Source: Macrostomum lignano
Lineage: Eukaryota
Direction of reading: 5' to 3'
Length of the DNA: 64,000 nt
Assembly (NCBI GenBank): GCA_002269645.1
Contig: NIVC01003187.1
Coordinates: 1-64,000, forward strand
Positions 25,629-36,598 of the stretch are shown here, piece after piece. Made by a program: the position numbers and the translations under genes. The notes beneath the pieces are model-generated. The model saw only the letters and a list, made by a program, of their open reading frames with translations. It did no database searches and had not been told where the DNA came from. Within the stretch, counting starts at the first letter, position 1. Each line of letters opens with the position of its first letter.

Positions 25629-26469
25629 ATTGCTGTGATCTATGAGTTGTGTTCTGCATCACCTGCTCTGTGCAGCTGATATTATTGCTTTAATGGCACG
25701 CCTTTTCATTCTATACATCTGCTCTCATTAGCTTTCTTCGTATTTCCTCTCTTAGCCTATAAATCGCCAATGAATGCGGCTGAAGCCTATGTCGTCAATC
25801 CCGTAAGCTAATTAGGACGTTGGTTCGAATCCTCACTATTCCTACATATCGGAAATCGACTCGACCTCTCTCTCACTCTCTTCCTCTGTCTCCTTCCTTT
25901 TCTCTTATCTCTGCATCTCCCTATCTCCCCTCTCTCTGCCTCTGTACCCCCCTGTTTCACTTCTCTCTCTCCTTTCCATTCGGACGCTTATAGACAAAGC
26001 TATCTATTCAAATAGAAACTGTGCGATCATATCATGTTTTATCGCGCTGTAAGAGCTATTTCTAATGTAATATTGTAATCACTCTACCAAAGATACGCTT
26101 CACGCCGTCAACCCCCAGCCTCGCATTGCAATTCGCTTATTTTTTTACTACTATTAACCCTGTTGTCAGCGATTTGATCGTCTTTCTTTTGTATGTGGAT
26201 TAACTACGACTATTATTAATAAGGCTATTATTAATTGCAGCCCGTCTGACTGTGGTATCCAATTGGACACTTCCATCCATACGCTTGTACATACATATGC
26301 CCTATTTGTATTACTGTGTGCTCTATTCGAGCATTAAAATTCGTCCGAATCTAATTTCGTTTTTTATTTGTTAGAAATTTATTATTCAGACACTTGCCTG
26401 ATGTTAAATAGACAATTGCAGCACTGCTTGTAGCCTTGTTGGACTCCGCTCCTCCTTTTCACTCCTTAC

Positions 26470-26800
26470 CACTCCAACCTCCATATCACGTGACCCACTC
26501 CAACCTCCATATCACGTGACCCACTCCAACCTCCATATCACGTCACCCACTCCAACCTCAATATCACGTGACTCACATTAACCTTCATATCACGTGACCC
26601 GCTCCAATCTCCATATCACGTGACCCACTCCAACCTCCATTATCACGTGACCCACTCCAACCTCAATATCACGTGACTCACATTAACCTTCATATCACGT
26701 GACCCGCTCCAATCTCCATATCACGTGACCCACTCCAACCTCCATTATCACGTGACCCACTCCAATCTCCATATCACGTGACCCACTGCAAACCTCCATA
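26470..26800. repeat. About 26-bp minisatellite CCCACTCCAACCTCCATATCACGTGA
   Basis: Read directly; downstream of the MRTF stop codon. Confidence 0.92.
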
Positions 26801-29800
26801 TCACTATTAACCTCACTCATAAATGGTTTTGATATTACGAGCGTAATTTTTACGCAAACCGTTTCTTTCTTTCCAAATGGCTCACACAAGCAGTATATAA
26901 TCTACAAGTTTAGCTAGCAGTTAATTCTTTAGCAAATTATTTCTTCGAATCTGTTTCCATGCCGAAGTTGACTCCTCGATGTGTTCGATTTTGTCTAAAT
27001 AATTCTTTTCACTACAAGACTATTATTCAGTATCGGCCGTTTGTATATATATATATATATATATAGTGTGTGTGTGTGTGGGAACGAACTGTGCTGCATT
27101 CGTGCTGACGGATTTCGCCTTTTTTTCAAAGCTGGCGATTCTTTCTAGGAATATATTTATATCACATATGAATATATATGAATATTAAAGATTCAATTTT
27201 CGCAATTTTCAACCGTCCTATTATTAGTAATAAAAATAATTATTAAAATTTATCACTAATAGATGTAAACTAATTACATTTTGTGCTGCACCTGTCGATT
27301 TTTATTGATCAAAAAATAGAATTGATTGTTGCTATCGGTTCGGATTATTATTGCTATTATTGTGTATGCTAAAGTACGCTCTGCTTCAGCTGTCCCACTT
27401 GCCGGGGGCCCAGACTGTGCCAGCTTGTGCACTACCTCCGCGGTTTCCGTGTTAGGACTGCTTTTTTCCCTCCTATATATCTTGGTTTGAAGCATCTGCT
27501 TTTTTGGAAAAGTAAATTCGAACAACTAACTCTTGTAGCAACGGTTGTAAGTAAATCACTAACAGTGTGAGTCAGGCGTATATATACTCTTGTACAATGC
27601 ATGCATATACATTTCGTCTTCCTAAATAATCGGATATGCGATATTCGCTCACCATGCCCGGCCAGTTTCTATATTGCTTCATAGTCAATATATATATATT
27701 CGTAGACCTTTATTATATTTTCACCCTTCCCCTCCGCGATATGTCCGGCGCCAATTTGCTGTTAACCGAATTGTCAATAGGCTAAATTTTGCGCTAACGT
27801 TTTTATCTGTGCTTTGCGCGCGCTGCATGCGTCCCCCGTGCTTACTTGTAACAGACTTTCTACTTATAAATGCATACTTATGTCAAGACTAATTTGTGCG
27901 TAAAGAGTTTGCTTGTGTGTATTAAATGGTTTGTACATGTAATAATTGTTTTGTGCTTTATTTCTTGGTCTTACAGCTAATCTTCAAATACGGAAAATTA
28001 TCAAGTCATTAAGATAATAGCAATTGTCTGGAGCTTTTTTAATGTGGGAAAAGGGTTGTTATTAGATAAAAATAACTCTAGGTAAAATAATTTTGATTCT
28101 TTTTAACATTCACAGCACTATAGCAGAGATACGAGGTTAATGAAAGCAAAAGTACTGCACTTACGATTTTACATATACTCGTAGATAAAATTTGTGTGCA
28201 AATGTATCCTTACTAGAATGCATTCAAAAAACTTCAAATTCGTCTTGGTTCTCTTTTTAAGGAATTCAACTAATCCAAAAAGTGTTGAGCTGTTCCAATC
28301 TCGTATATTAAATTAGATCTAAATTGTAAAAAAATTATAATCATTTTGATAATCTCTACTGTATGTACAGCTTTCATGTACGAAGTATATAATCTTCGTG
28401 TAAGTTTTGTCTCCCCAGGTGCACTACAGGCTGCCAACATACACAATTGCAGACCGCGCTGAATTAGCAAGAAATTAAGTGTACCTAAATATGTCATTTT
28501 GAACGTTATCGAGAGCTGCCTCACTCGCTGAGCCAATCAATTGCTCATTAGCTGAATGTTTTGTTTTACATCAATAAATTGAAAAAATCAATTATAAGAC
28601 ATCAAATTTACAATCAAGCTACAAATAATACATATCAGATAAAACTTAAAATATTTTTATTTTGTTTAAATGTTTTTTGAGTCTAGAAAAAATTTAATTT
28701 GCTTATTTTCTGAGAACGTTTTCACAATAACTTCCTGACAACAGATGGCGATTGTTTATGACGTTGGCCAGCCATAGCCTTGCCAGCCACGCCCAGACCA
28801 TGTGCATCTAATAACTTTCTTAAGTTTTTTGATCAAATAATATAGCAAGGTTTGCCATTTTTGTTTTACAATATCAACAAATTACTCAAGCACACCGCAC
28901 ACGTAGGATGCGGCCAGTCACTCAGTCAGGCATAGCGGCCATAGCCTAGACAGCTACGCTGCTACGAAATAAAAAATCGTTTTCACTTAGTATATGTAAT
29001 GACTTCTTAGGTCTACACTCTGTTTCCTGTACTTTTCATGTTGATGTTACTTGAATGAGTTTTAAATTAAGATTTTCTGGTTTTCTGTTTTGACAAGTCA
29101 AGCTAGCTAGGGCTAGGCTAGCCATGCTCATGCTGTTCTCTTTATAAAAATCTATTTACACTTTAAATTAAACTTTTCTGCATGGCTATATATTTACATG
29201 CTAAATTACAAAATAATCTAATCAAGCTTATAGGTTAGGGGTATCATTCTTAATTTTATAAGATATAAAAAAATTGGACATATATAACTATCATTATCTA
29301 ATTATATGTAGCTTATAGTTATATTATAGGCCTAAAATTTTTCATGGCAGTTAAATGGCCAAATTAGTAGACAAAATGACTTTATGAATATTGGTATATT
29401 AAGAAGTTTCAAATGACAAATTATTATCAATCCTACAAACTATTTTCTTTTTTATTGAGCTACCAAGGTCCAAGCCATAGTTAGGAAGATGGCCTTTTTC
29501 ATGGAAAATTCTCACGCAACAGTAGGCAAGGAAGAAAAACTTGGCACAGCGCAAGACAAAAAATTGGCACAATTTGGTGTAAGACAACACTTTTGACAAG
29601 ACAATATTTTTTTTATAGAAAATTAGCATGTAATTTCTTTTTATTAGCACTTTTTGTTTGCCAATGTATTGATGGCTTTTTAATTAATTTATGTTAACAT
29701 TGCATTTTCTATGAAATAGATTCAAATACAAGTTTTACCAGTATTTTTCAAAAAGAAAATTATTGGTTTTTGCATTTTTTTCTAAAAGTTGCAGTATATG

Positions 29801-30212
29801 ATACAAGAAAACTTTTTGATAGGAATAGTTCTGGTGCAAGGCGCAAGCAAACTTTTTTGATAAGATTTGTTCCAGCACATGGTGCAATCAAACTTTTTTA
29901 ATAGGATTCATTCTAGCGCAAGCCAGTCAATTGAACAATCAATTCAATAATTCATTTGGATAATAACATTAGACTTTAATTATATTTGTTTTGGCAATAA
30001 GTACATTTTTATCTTGGTTATTTTTATTTTTTATCTTTATCATGACATTTAGAGGTTTTTACAGAATATAAGAAAATAGATAAATATAATATTTTATTTA
30101 ATTTAGTTTTTTTCTAAGGATACCAATCATCTTTATTTATAGTGTAGTTTTTCTAGTATAATTATTTATAATATAAAAGCTCATATACTGCTCTTTTTGA
30201 GCTTCTTCAAGT

Positions 30213-30399
30213 CAGGGGCGTAGCCAGGAATTTCCTACGGGGGGGGATACACCAAGGTGAATTTCCTACGGGGGGGGGATACACCAAGGTAAAAGTGCTC
30301 ACATGGTAGCATGTATAGCGAAAAAGTGCAACAAAAAAGTTTTGGTCAGGCTCTTCGGGGGGATACATCCCCCCTGATCCCCCCCTCCCTACGCCACTG
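30213..30399. mobile_element. hAT-type MITE (187 bp)
   Basis: CAGGGGCGTAG / CTACGCCACTG termini; perfect 8-bp TSD CTTCAAGT (30205-30212, 30400-30407); internal 31-bp duplication. Confidence 0.88.
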
Positions 30400-30735
30400 C
30401 TTCAAGTGCTTTTTAGTATTTTAAGATTTAACTTGAAATTTAATTTAAAACTAGAACTAGAACTCAAATATTTTTTTATTAATTCAAAAAATGTGCACAT
30501 TAAATTAAACAACATGCCCACTATTGACAGTTAGGCCTAAATAATATATTGATCTTGAAATGGAATAAATTTGTAATAATATTTTATATCTGATCTTTTA
30601 AAACATGTTTTATTAGTAAAATAAATTAAAATGACTAGTTATCAAATCTTTTCTTTGTTGCCAAAATTTCTGCCATAAAAACAACTTATTATTGAAACAT
30701 CTTATGTTTATATAATAATGGGCAATCTAAAATAT

Positions 30736-31491
30736 TGTGACAGGCCTTTTGGCTCTGTCTTTCTAAACTTCTAACTATTAGTGTTTATTAAATATCCTAC
30801 GAGCTGCCACAAAAGTTGTTACAGGCCTTTCACCTCTTACTTTATCAATTTTAATCCCACCGATTTGCCAACTACAGTTATCCTGATTATACTTGCTTTT
30901 ACTCCCTAACTATTTCTTAGAATTTCATTTAAATATTTCTGGGTAGCGTTCTTAGTAGCGTTCTTAGTAGCGTTTCTGGTAGCTTATGGCTTGCTTTCTG
31001 GTAGCGTTCTAGTAGCTTATGGCCTGAGCGGTCTAGTACTGGTATATGTATTAGTGTATAGTCCTAATCGGGCGTTCACCGAGACTAGAGGGTCACGGCG
31101 CCTCTCTTGGTATATCTCCAAGAATTAGTCCCAATTCCCTTCTCTTAGCAAATTTCTTAGAATCGTTTCACAGGTTTTGCAAATAAATAAGTCGCTATTT
31201 AGCTCAAAGACTTTGAAATGGTTTAGATTGAACTGCTTATTCTGTTCGCAATTATTTGCTCACGAGTAAAAGACAGTTAGAGTATATTTGTCGCAAAACC
31301 GCTCCTATATATAGTGATTTTTCCCACATACGATTAAAACAAAAAAATAATTCTCCAATTTATTTCGCGCATTAAAACAAACTATTATTTGGCGTTCGCG
31401 TAGATTCAGTTTCTAAGAAAGATTCGAATATACAGTTATTACATTGAAAGAACATTCGAGTATACTATGATAAAGGCATAGCACTAGTACA
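30736..31491 (-). repeat. 3' LTR (756 bp)
   Basis: By eye it differs from the 5' LTR by a 1-nt indel (CACAAAAG vs CACAAAG) and one C/T. TATATATA at about 31305-31312 and AATAAA at about 30789-30784 on the minus strand. Confidence 0.97.
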
Positions 31492-31504
31492 ACTTTCCTC
31501 CTCT
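31492..31504 (-). other. Polypurine tract AGAGGAGGAAAGT
   Basis: Directly abuts the 3' LTR in element orientation. Confidence 0.85.
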
Positions 31505-31777
31505 ATATATCAAATTTTGAACGAAATACTATATTATATGTATACAGTGAAAAATTGATATCGTAGGAAAATGCAGGTGAAAAGGTGCAAAGCAAGGTGC
31601 AGAAAACACAATTCAGTGCTAAAACAATTGGTGCATAAAATGGTTGTGATAGAACTATTATGTAGGTAAACCATTAAAGTGAGAACTATTATGGAAGCAA
31701 AACGAACTATTATAAAAGTATTATAAAAGGCAAAATTGTTATTAAAGGCAACGCAAAAGTTAGTTCACCTCAATAGT

Positions 31778-32653
31778 TCAGATAAACATGCAGGGCTCCG
31801 GGAGGTCGCGATAGTAGGGCCAGCCGACTTGAGCGAAAAACCATCGGTACTCTTCGTCGAGGACCGTCAGCGCTGGCGGCGGGTTGGCTCTTATAGCTCG
31901 CTGGAGGCGATAGGCGACGTCCTGGAGAACAGCGACAGCTTCCTGGTAACTGAATTGATCCCTCAGAAACTTCAGGTGTGTCCAAATTTGCGAGCATTGG
32001 GGGTAGCGCTGTCGGCTGTCGGATCGGTGGTATGCTACTTTCAGTGCGTATTGCTCAATGTGGAAGCGTAGCTTTTCCACCTCTGCTCCGCGAGTCTCCA
32101 CAAGTTCTCGGACGATGCGATGAAAATCTCTCTGCGAATTCGATTGCTGCTGGCTCGGCTGTAGTGCTGATGGCTGGCTAGACTGCTGCGCTGATTGCAG
32201 GCTCGGCTGCAGCGCTGACTGCTGCGCTGATTGCAGGCTCGGCTGCGACGCTGGCTGCTGAGCTGGCGGTGTCGCAGCTGTCGATTTCTTCTGCCGTGGT
32301 GCCGGGGTCTTTCTCGATGATGGGGCAGCTGGCGGTGACACCAACTGCTGCGTTCGGCTTGATGTCGACGATCCTGGCGTGGCCTTGACAACATAGGAGC
32401 GCACGGGCGCAGCTGCCTGTGCTGCCACCAGGGCGGCGCGCTTCTGCTCGGGGCCTTCGACCCTCATTTGGCGGCAAGGCGATGAAGCTGGCGATGATGT
32501 TCTTGGCCGTTTGCTGGATACACCAGGCGCCTTTGGACGTGTTGCACATCGAAGCGGTGCCTCATTTTCGTCGGTGTTGGGCGCTGGCTGGGGCTCCATA
32601 TCGTCTGACAGATTGCCAATTAACTCGTCCAAGATATCAATAGAGTTGTTCAT
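31778..32653 (-). CDS. Accessory ORF of the LTR element (291 aa; disordered P/Q/S-rich N-terminus with KRPR, helical C-terminal domain)
   Basis: Intact, GC-rich, AAATCAAAATG start context, same strand as gag. No TM or signal peptide, so not env. No family recognised. Confidence 0.75.
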   Translation of the reverse strand: MNNSIDILDELIGNLSDDMEPQPAPNTDENEAPLRCATRPKAPGVSSKRPRTSSPASSPCRQMRVEGPEQKRAALVAAQAAAPVRSYVVKATPGSSTSSRTQQLVSPPAAPSSRKTPAPRQKKSTAATPPAQQPASQPSLQSAQQSALQPSLQSAQQSSQPSALQPSQQQSNSQRDFHRIVRELVETRGAEVEKLRFHIEQYALKVAYHRSDSRQRYPQCSQIWTHLKFLRDQFSYQEAVAVLQDVAYRLQRAIRANPPPALTVLDEEYRWFFAQVGWPYYRDLPEPCMFI

Positions 32654-32699
32654 TTTGATTTCTCTGCGAATGGCTCTTAGAATAGAAAGGAAGCTAGCA

Positions 32700-32810
32700 G
32701 TGAGCTATGGGATCTGTGGGGCCTGCGGGGTGCTCGTATTTATAGGCTGGCGGGCCGAAAAACTGGACCTCTTCGAAGCACTCCCCTCGCGCGTGGGGCG
32801 GGGCATGCCA
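32700..32810 (-). promoter_or_regulatory. Internal Pol II promoter of the accessory ORF
   Basis: Minus strand GCCCCGCCCC GC-box (about 32806-32795), then CCTATAAATA (TATA 32744-32738), about 85 nt upstream of the ATG. Confidence 0.6.
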
Positions 32811-33053
32811 GATTTGACAGATTTGACAACTAAATTTTTATGGATTTTCTATTTCTTTTTATAACTTTTTTATTTTTTGATAGATTTTCTTGAGTAAAGT
32901 ATCAAATTAAAGATCGCATTTTGTAGATTAATATGGTATTTACAGATTCGCTCTATGTACAGCATGTCAAATTTTATAAGCAGATAAGTAATTCTAATAC
33001 GGAATTTTAACTATTTAACACTGTTTCTTATGGGAAATTGCTTACGTCATGAT

Positions 33054-33527
33054 TTAAGGTGCTAAATATTTCGCGTAGCGCCTTCGGGGCACAAATCCTG
33101 TCGCGCCTTCTCTTTCTCTCCTTCGCTGAGTCATCCTAAAGTTATACCTATTCTCTGGCTGAACTCGTTCCTCCTCTAACTCTAATGCTCCTTCTTCTTC
33201 TTCTGATGGCTCATCTGAGTCAGTCACTCTCTCTGTATTCTCACTGTTCAATTCTTCATTTCCTTCGTTTTCACTCTGCGAATTCGGATCTGCGAATACT
33301 CTCCATTGAATTCTGTTTTCTTCGTCTGAGCTTTCCTCCTCTAAAATTTGAACTTCTGGAATTCTAACTTCTTTTTGTCTATGGCAAATTCTTTTCTTCG
33401 GCTTCGGCGGTTCCTTCTTCTTAGTTGACACTGGTGCTGGTTTTAAATTATTATTAATTTCCTCTGGTAAATCAATTTCGGATTTCGGTACTGGAGTCAG
33501 ATTATTTCTATGTTTCTCTTCGAACAA
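33054..33527 (-). pseudogene. Probable acidic pol/integrase C-terminal tail remnant
   Basis: E/K-rich open frame ending RYNFRMTQRRR, resembling RYNLR-type tails of gypsy integrases; the upstream frame is broken by stops. Confidence 0.4.
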
Positions 33528-34342
33528 CTTTGCAAATTCTCACAGCTTCTCCTCGAAATCTCATCTTCATTCCATCTCATCTCAACTCAACAACTTCTCG
33601 ACTCAATATCTCGACTCGACCCTGACCTCTCGAAAGCTTCTCTGCTGAACTCATGCCAGCTACAGCTCTACTGTCACGGGTCCTACAACTCTTAACAAAT
33701 TCTCAAATCTCGAATCTCCTTCCGCTATCTCAGTTTGGCCTCGTCAGTAGAATCATAGAAATTCTGTATTAATCTGCTCTTTAGGCCTTACTGCCCTTCC
33801 TTTCCTGCATGGCCTGACTCTCTGAACCTTTTTTGGCTCTTCTGAAAGCGTCATCGGCCTCTTCTTTCTGCCTTTGGCCAATCCGCAATTGGTCAGTATG
33901 CGTAGCTGTCCGCGCGTCATGCCAATCTCTGCAATCCAATCTTTTCGACAATTCTCTTCGCACAATTCTGCACAGTTCTCTCAGCATCAACTTCTCGTCA
34001 ACTTCTCTGAGTAAAATAATCTTCCTTCAATGTTTTCAGTCCGAAATTGCAGTTCCCTGGCTTTCCTAAATAAGTTTCTTAGTAAAACGGCCCTTTTAAG
34101 GTCAAACGGCCCTTTTAAGGGTCACCTTCCTAAAATTTAATTATTTTATTTCTTTTAGACAGCTTATTTAATCAGTTGCCTTGCAATATGCCAACAAAAT
34201 ACCTCTTAATCAAATGTTTTTGGGTTTTTCTGAATTTTTTATTCGTTTTTATATTTATGCATATATATTTGAAACATATTTACAGATTTGCTTTACAGAC
34301 ACTTTTAATTTGCTGATTCGCTTGAGTTCGCTCACTTTCTGA

Positions 34343-34921
34343 TTATGGCGGCTTCTGCTGGGCGTACCGATTGAAGTTGATTCGGCACTGGTGTCCTGCT
34401 TGAGGCCTAATGGGTCCTGGCTGGTTGCAGAAGAAGCAGTGACCAGGTGTCGGCTCTGGCCTGATTCCACTGAATCTGTTCAGGCGGCGCGGTCTTGGCA
34501 CTGACTGCTGCTGCTGCCCTGTCTTTGGTTCTAGGCTAATGTTTGTTAGCACGAAGGTCAAGGTCATTAGACACTCTACTAATGCATCAATTCCCTCTTT
34601 TCGGTTCTGCTGCTTCGGCTCAAATTCTTCGATTATTCGTCGCCTAATTTCCTGATACTGACTCTGCTCTTTTCTGTGACTGATTCGGCGTTTCAGTCCC
34701 TCTGGGATGTTTAGATTAGCAAAGAGAGCTTCCTTCTGTTTCTCGCCTGTAATCCCTTGGATTCTGCACTGCTGCTCAAACGTGTTCATCCACTGCCTAA
34801 TGTTCTGACCAGGTGTGAACTTTTCTACTTGCACTTCAGCCTCCTTCGATCCTAACTTGAGATGTTTCCTCAGTTCCTCTGCCAGCATGGCGATGGCATC
34901 ATTAGCCTGATTCTGATTCAT
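34343..34921 (-). pseudogene. Truncated gag (capsid N-terminal region plus broken CCHC knuckle)
   Basis: First ORF after the PBS; VEKFTPGQNIRQWMNTFEQQC is gag-like; CFFCNQPG(P)IRPQ(A) is a degenerate CX2CX4HX4C. Confidence 0.75.
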
Positions 34922-35002
34922 CTTTTCTCTACGAAAAACTTTTCAAATTATTCTTCGGAATTCTTCTGAATCTAGCTTTAAGAGTTCGCGCCGTTTCTCT
35001 AA

Positions 35003-35020
35003 TCCTTATCGCTGCCACCA
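35003..35020 (-). other. Primer-binding site (tRNA-Leu)
   Basis: TGGTGGCAGCGATAAGGA, 2 nt from the 5' LTR. The first 11 nt match the complement of canonical tRNA-Leu 3' ...CGCTGCCACCA. Confidence 0.85.
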
Positions 35021-35022
35021 GC

Positions 35023-35777
35023 TGTGACAGGCCTTTTGGCTCTGTCTTTCTAAACTTCTAACTATTAGTGTTTATTAAATATCCTACGAGCTGCCACAAA
35101 GTTGTTACAGGCCTTTCACTTCTTACTTTATCAATTTTAATCCCACCGATTTGCCAACTACAGTTATCCTGATTATACTTGCTTTTACTCCCTAACTATT
35201 TCTTAGAATTTCATTTAAATATTTCTGGGTAGCGTTCTTAGTAGCGTTCTTAGTAGCGTTTCTGGTAGCTTATGGCTTGCTTTCTGGTAGCGTTCTAGTA
35301 GCTTATGGCCTGAGCGGTCTAGTACTGGTATATGTATTAGTGTATAGTCCTAATCGGGCGTTCACCGAGACTAGAGGGTCACGGCGCCTCTCTTGGTATA
35401 TCTCCAAGAATTAGTCCCAATTCCCTTCTCTTAGCAAATTTCTTAGAATCGTTTCACAGGTTTTGCAAATAAATAAGTCGCTATTTAGCTCAAAGACTTT
35501 GAAATGGTTTAGATTGAACTGCTTATTCTGTTCGCAATTATTTGCTCACGAGTAAAAGACAGTTAGAGTATATTTGTCGCAAAACCGCTCCTATATATAG
35601 TGATTTTTCCCACATACGATTAAAACAAAAAAATAATTCTCCAATTTATTTCGCGCATTAAAACAAACTATTATTTGGCGTTCGCGTAGATTCAGTTTCT
35701 AAGAAAGATTCGAATATACAGTTATTACATTGAAAGAACATTCGAGTATACTATGATAAAGGCATAGCACTAGTACA
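35023..35777 (-). repeat. 5' LTR (755 bp)
   Basis: Near-identical copy of 30736-31491. Confidence 0.97.
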
Positions 35778-35821
35778 ATATGAAGTTGCTAAATGAATTT
35801 TTGGATAAAGATAGTGCTAAA

Positions 35822-36097
35822 CAAACATGCGCAACCTCCAAAATTCGGTCGGCCGTGCGACTAAGTTTTAACAAAAATGCGACTTAGATGTAAGAAACCG
35901 TAAAGAAAAATTAACGCAACTTTGGGTAAACGGCAGGAGTAACTAGGACTGTCTTATAAAGCCAAAATGCCTCGTCAGCTACTTAGTACTACTACTTCGG
36001 TGTGTGTTTTTCGGGTGGGCATTTTTGCGACTTCCTTGGTTGGCCGCCAAATCGGTCGGCCGGATCGGCCGACTCGGCCGACTGTTGCGCATGTATG
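35822..36097. mobile_element. hAT-type MITE (276 bp)
   Basis: 14-bp TIR CAAACATGCGCAAC / GTTGCGCATGTATG (1 mismatch); perfect 8-bp TSD GTGCTAAA (35814-35821, 36098-36105). Confidence 0.88.
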
Positions 36098-36598
36098 GTG
36101 CTAAAGATACTTGTTTAAGTGCAAGTTGAATAGGATATCAGTGGTGCCATATATATTTTTAAATAAAGCTTTCATATGTATCCAAGTCCCTATGATAGTG
36201 TTTTGTATATAACTGCAATATGAGCTTCTAGATAGCAACTGCAGGGTTATGAGTTTCTAATGGATATATCATTAACTAATTATAGTTGACTCTATATCAG
36301 ACATCACTAGTTCTAATAAAAAGTCATCATTAGTAAAAAGCAAATTTTTTTTTTTATTGAAAACTCAATTGAAATGCTATAATTAGAACTAAAAAGGAAG
36401 AGCTCTATAATTTCATAGAAATGTATTTAATATTTTATAAAATAACATGCAAATTTGGCTATCTTACTTGCATGCAATAATATATATATATTATGTATTA
36501 TATATATATTAGGCCTAGTCCATTCATCTTAAATAGATAATTATTTTCAGATTTGCATTGATCAAATAAAACTTTTTATTGCAGCAACAAGCATAGCT

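Larger units (their letters stand above)
30736..35777 (-). mobile_element. Non-autonomous Ty3/gypsy-type LTR retrotransposon (5042 bp), very young
   Basis: TG...CA LTRs at 30736-31491 and 35023-35777; ATAT TSD (30732-30735, 35778-35781); PBS, PPT and gag-like ORF all on the minus strand. Confidence 0.95.

Noticed and set aside
25770-25850. GGTTCGAATCC as a tRNA gene
   Set aside because: No acceptor stem or cloverleaf could be built; at most a SINE or tRNA fragment.
31778-32653. Calling the accessory ORF env
   Set aside because: It has no signal peptide, furin site or TM helix.
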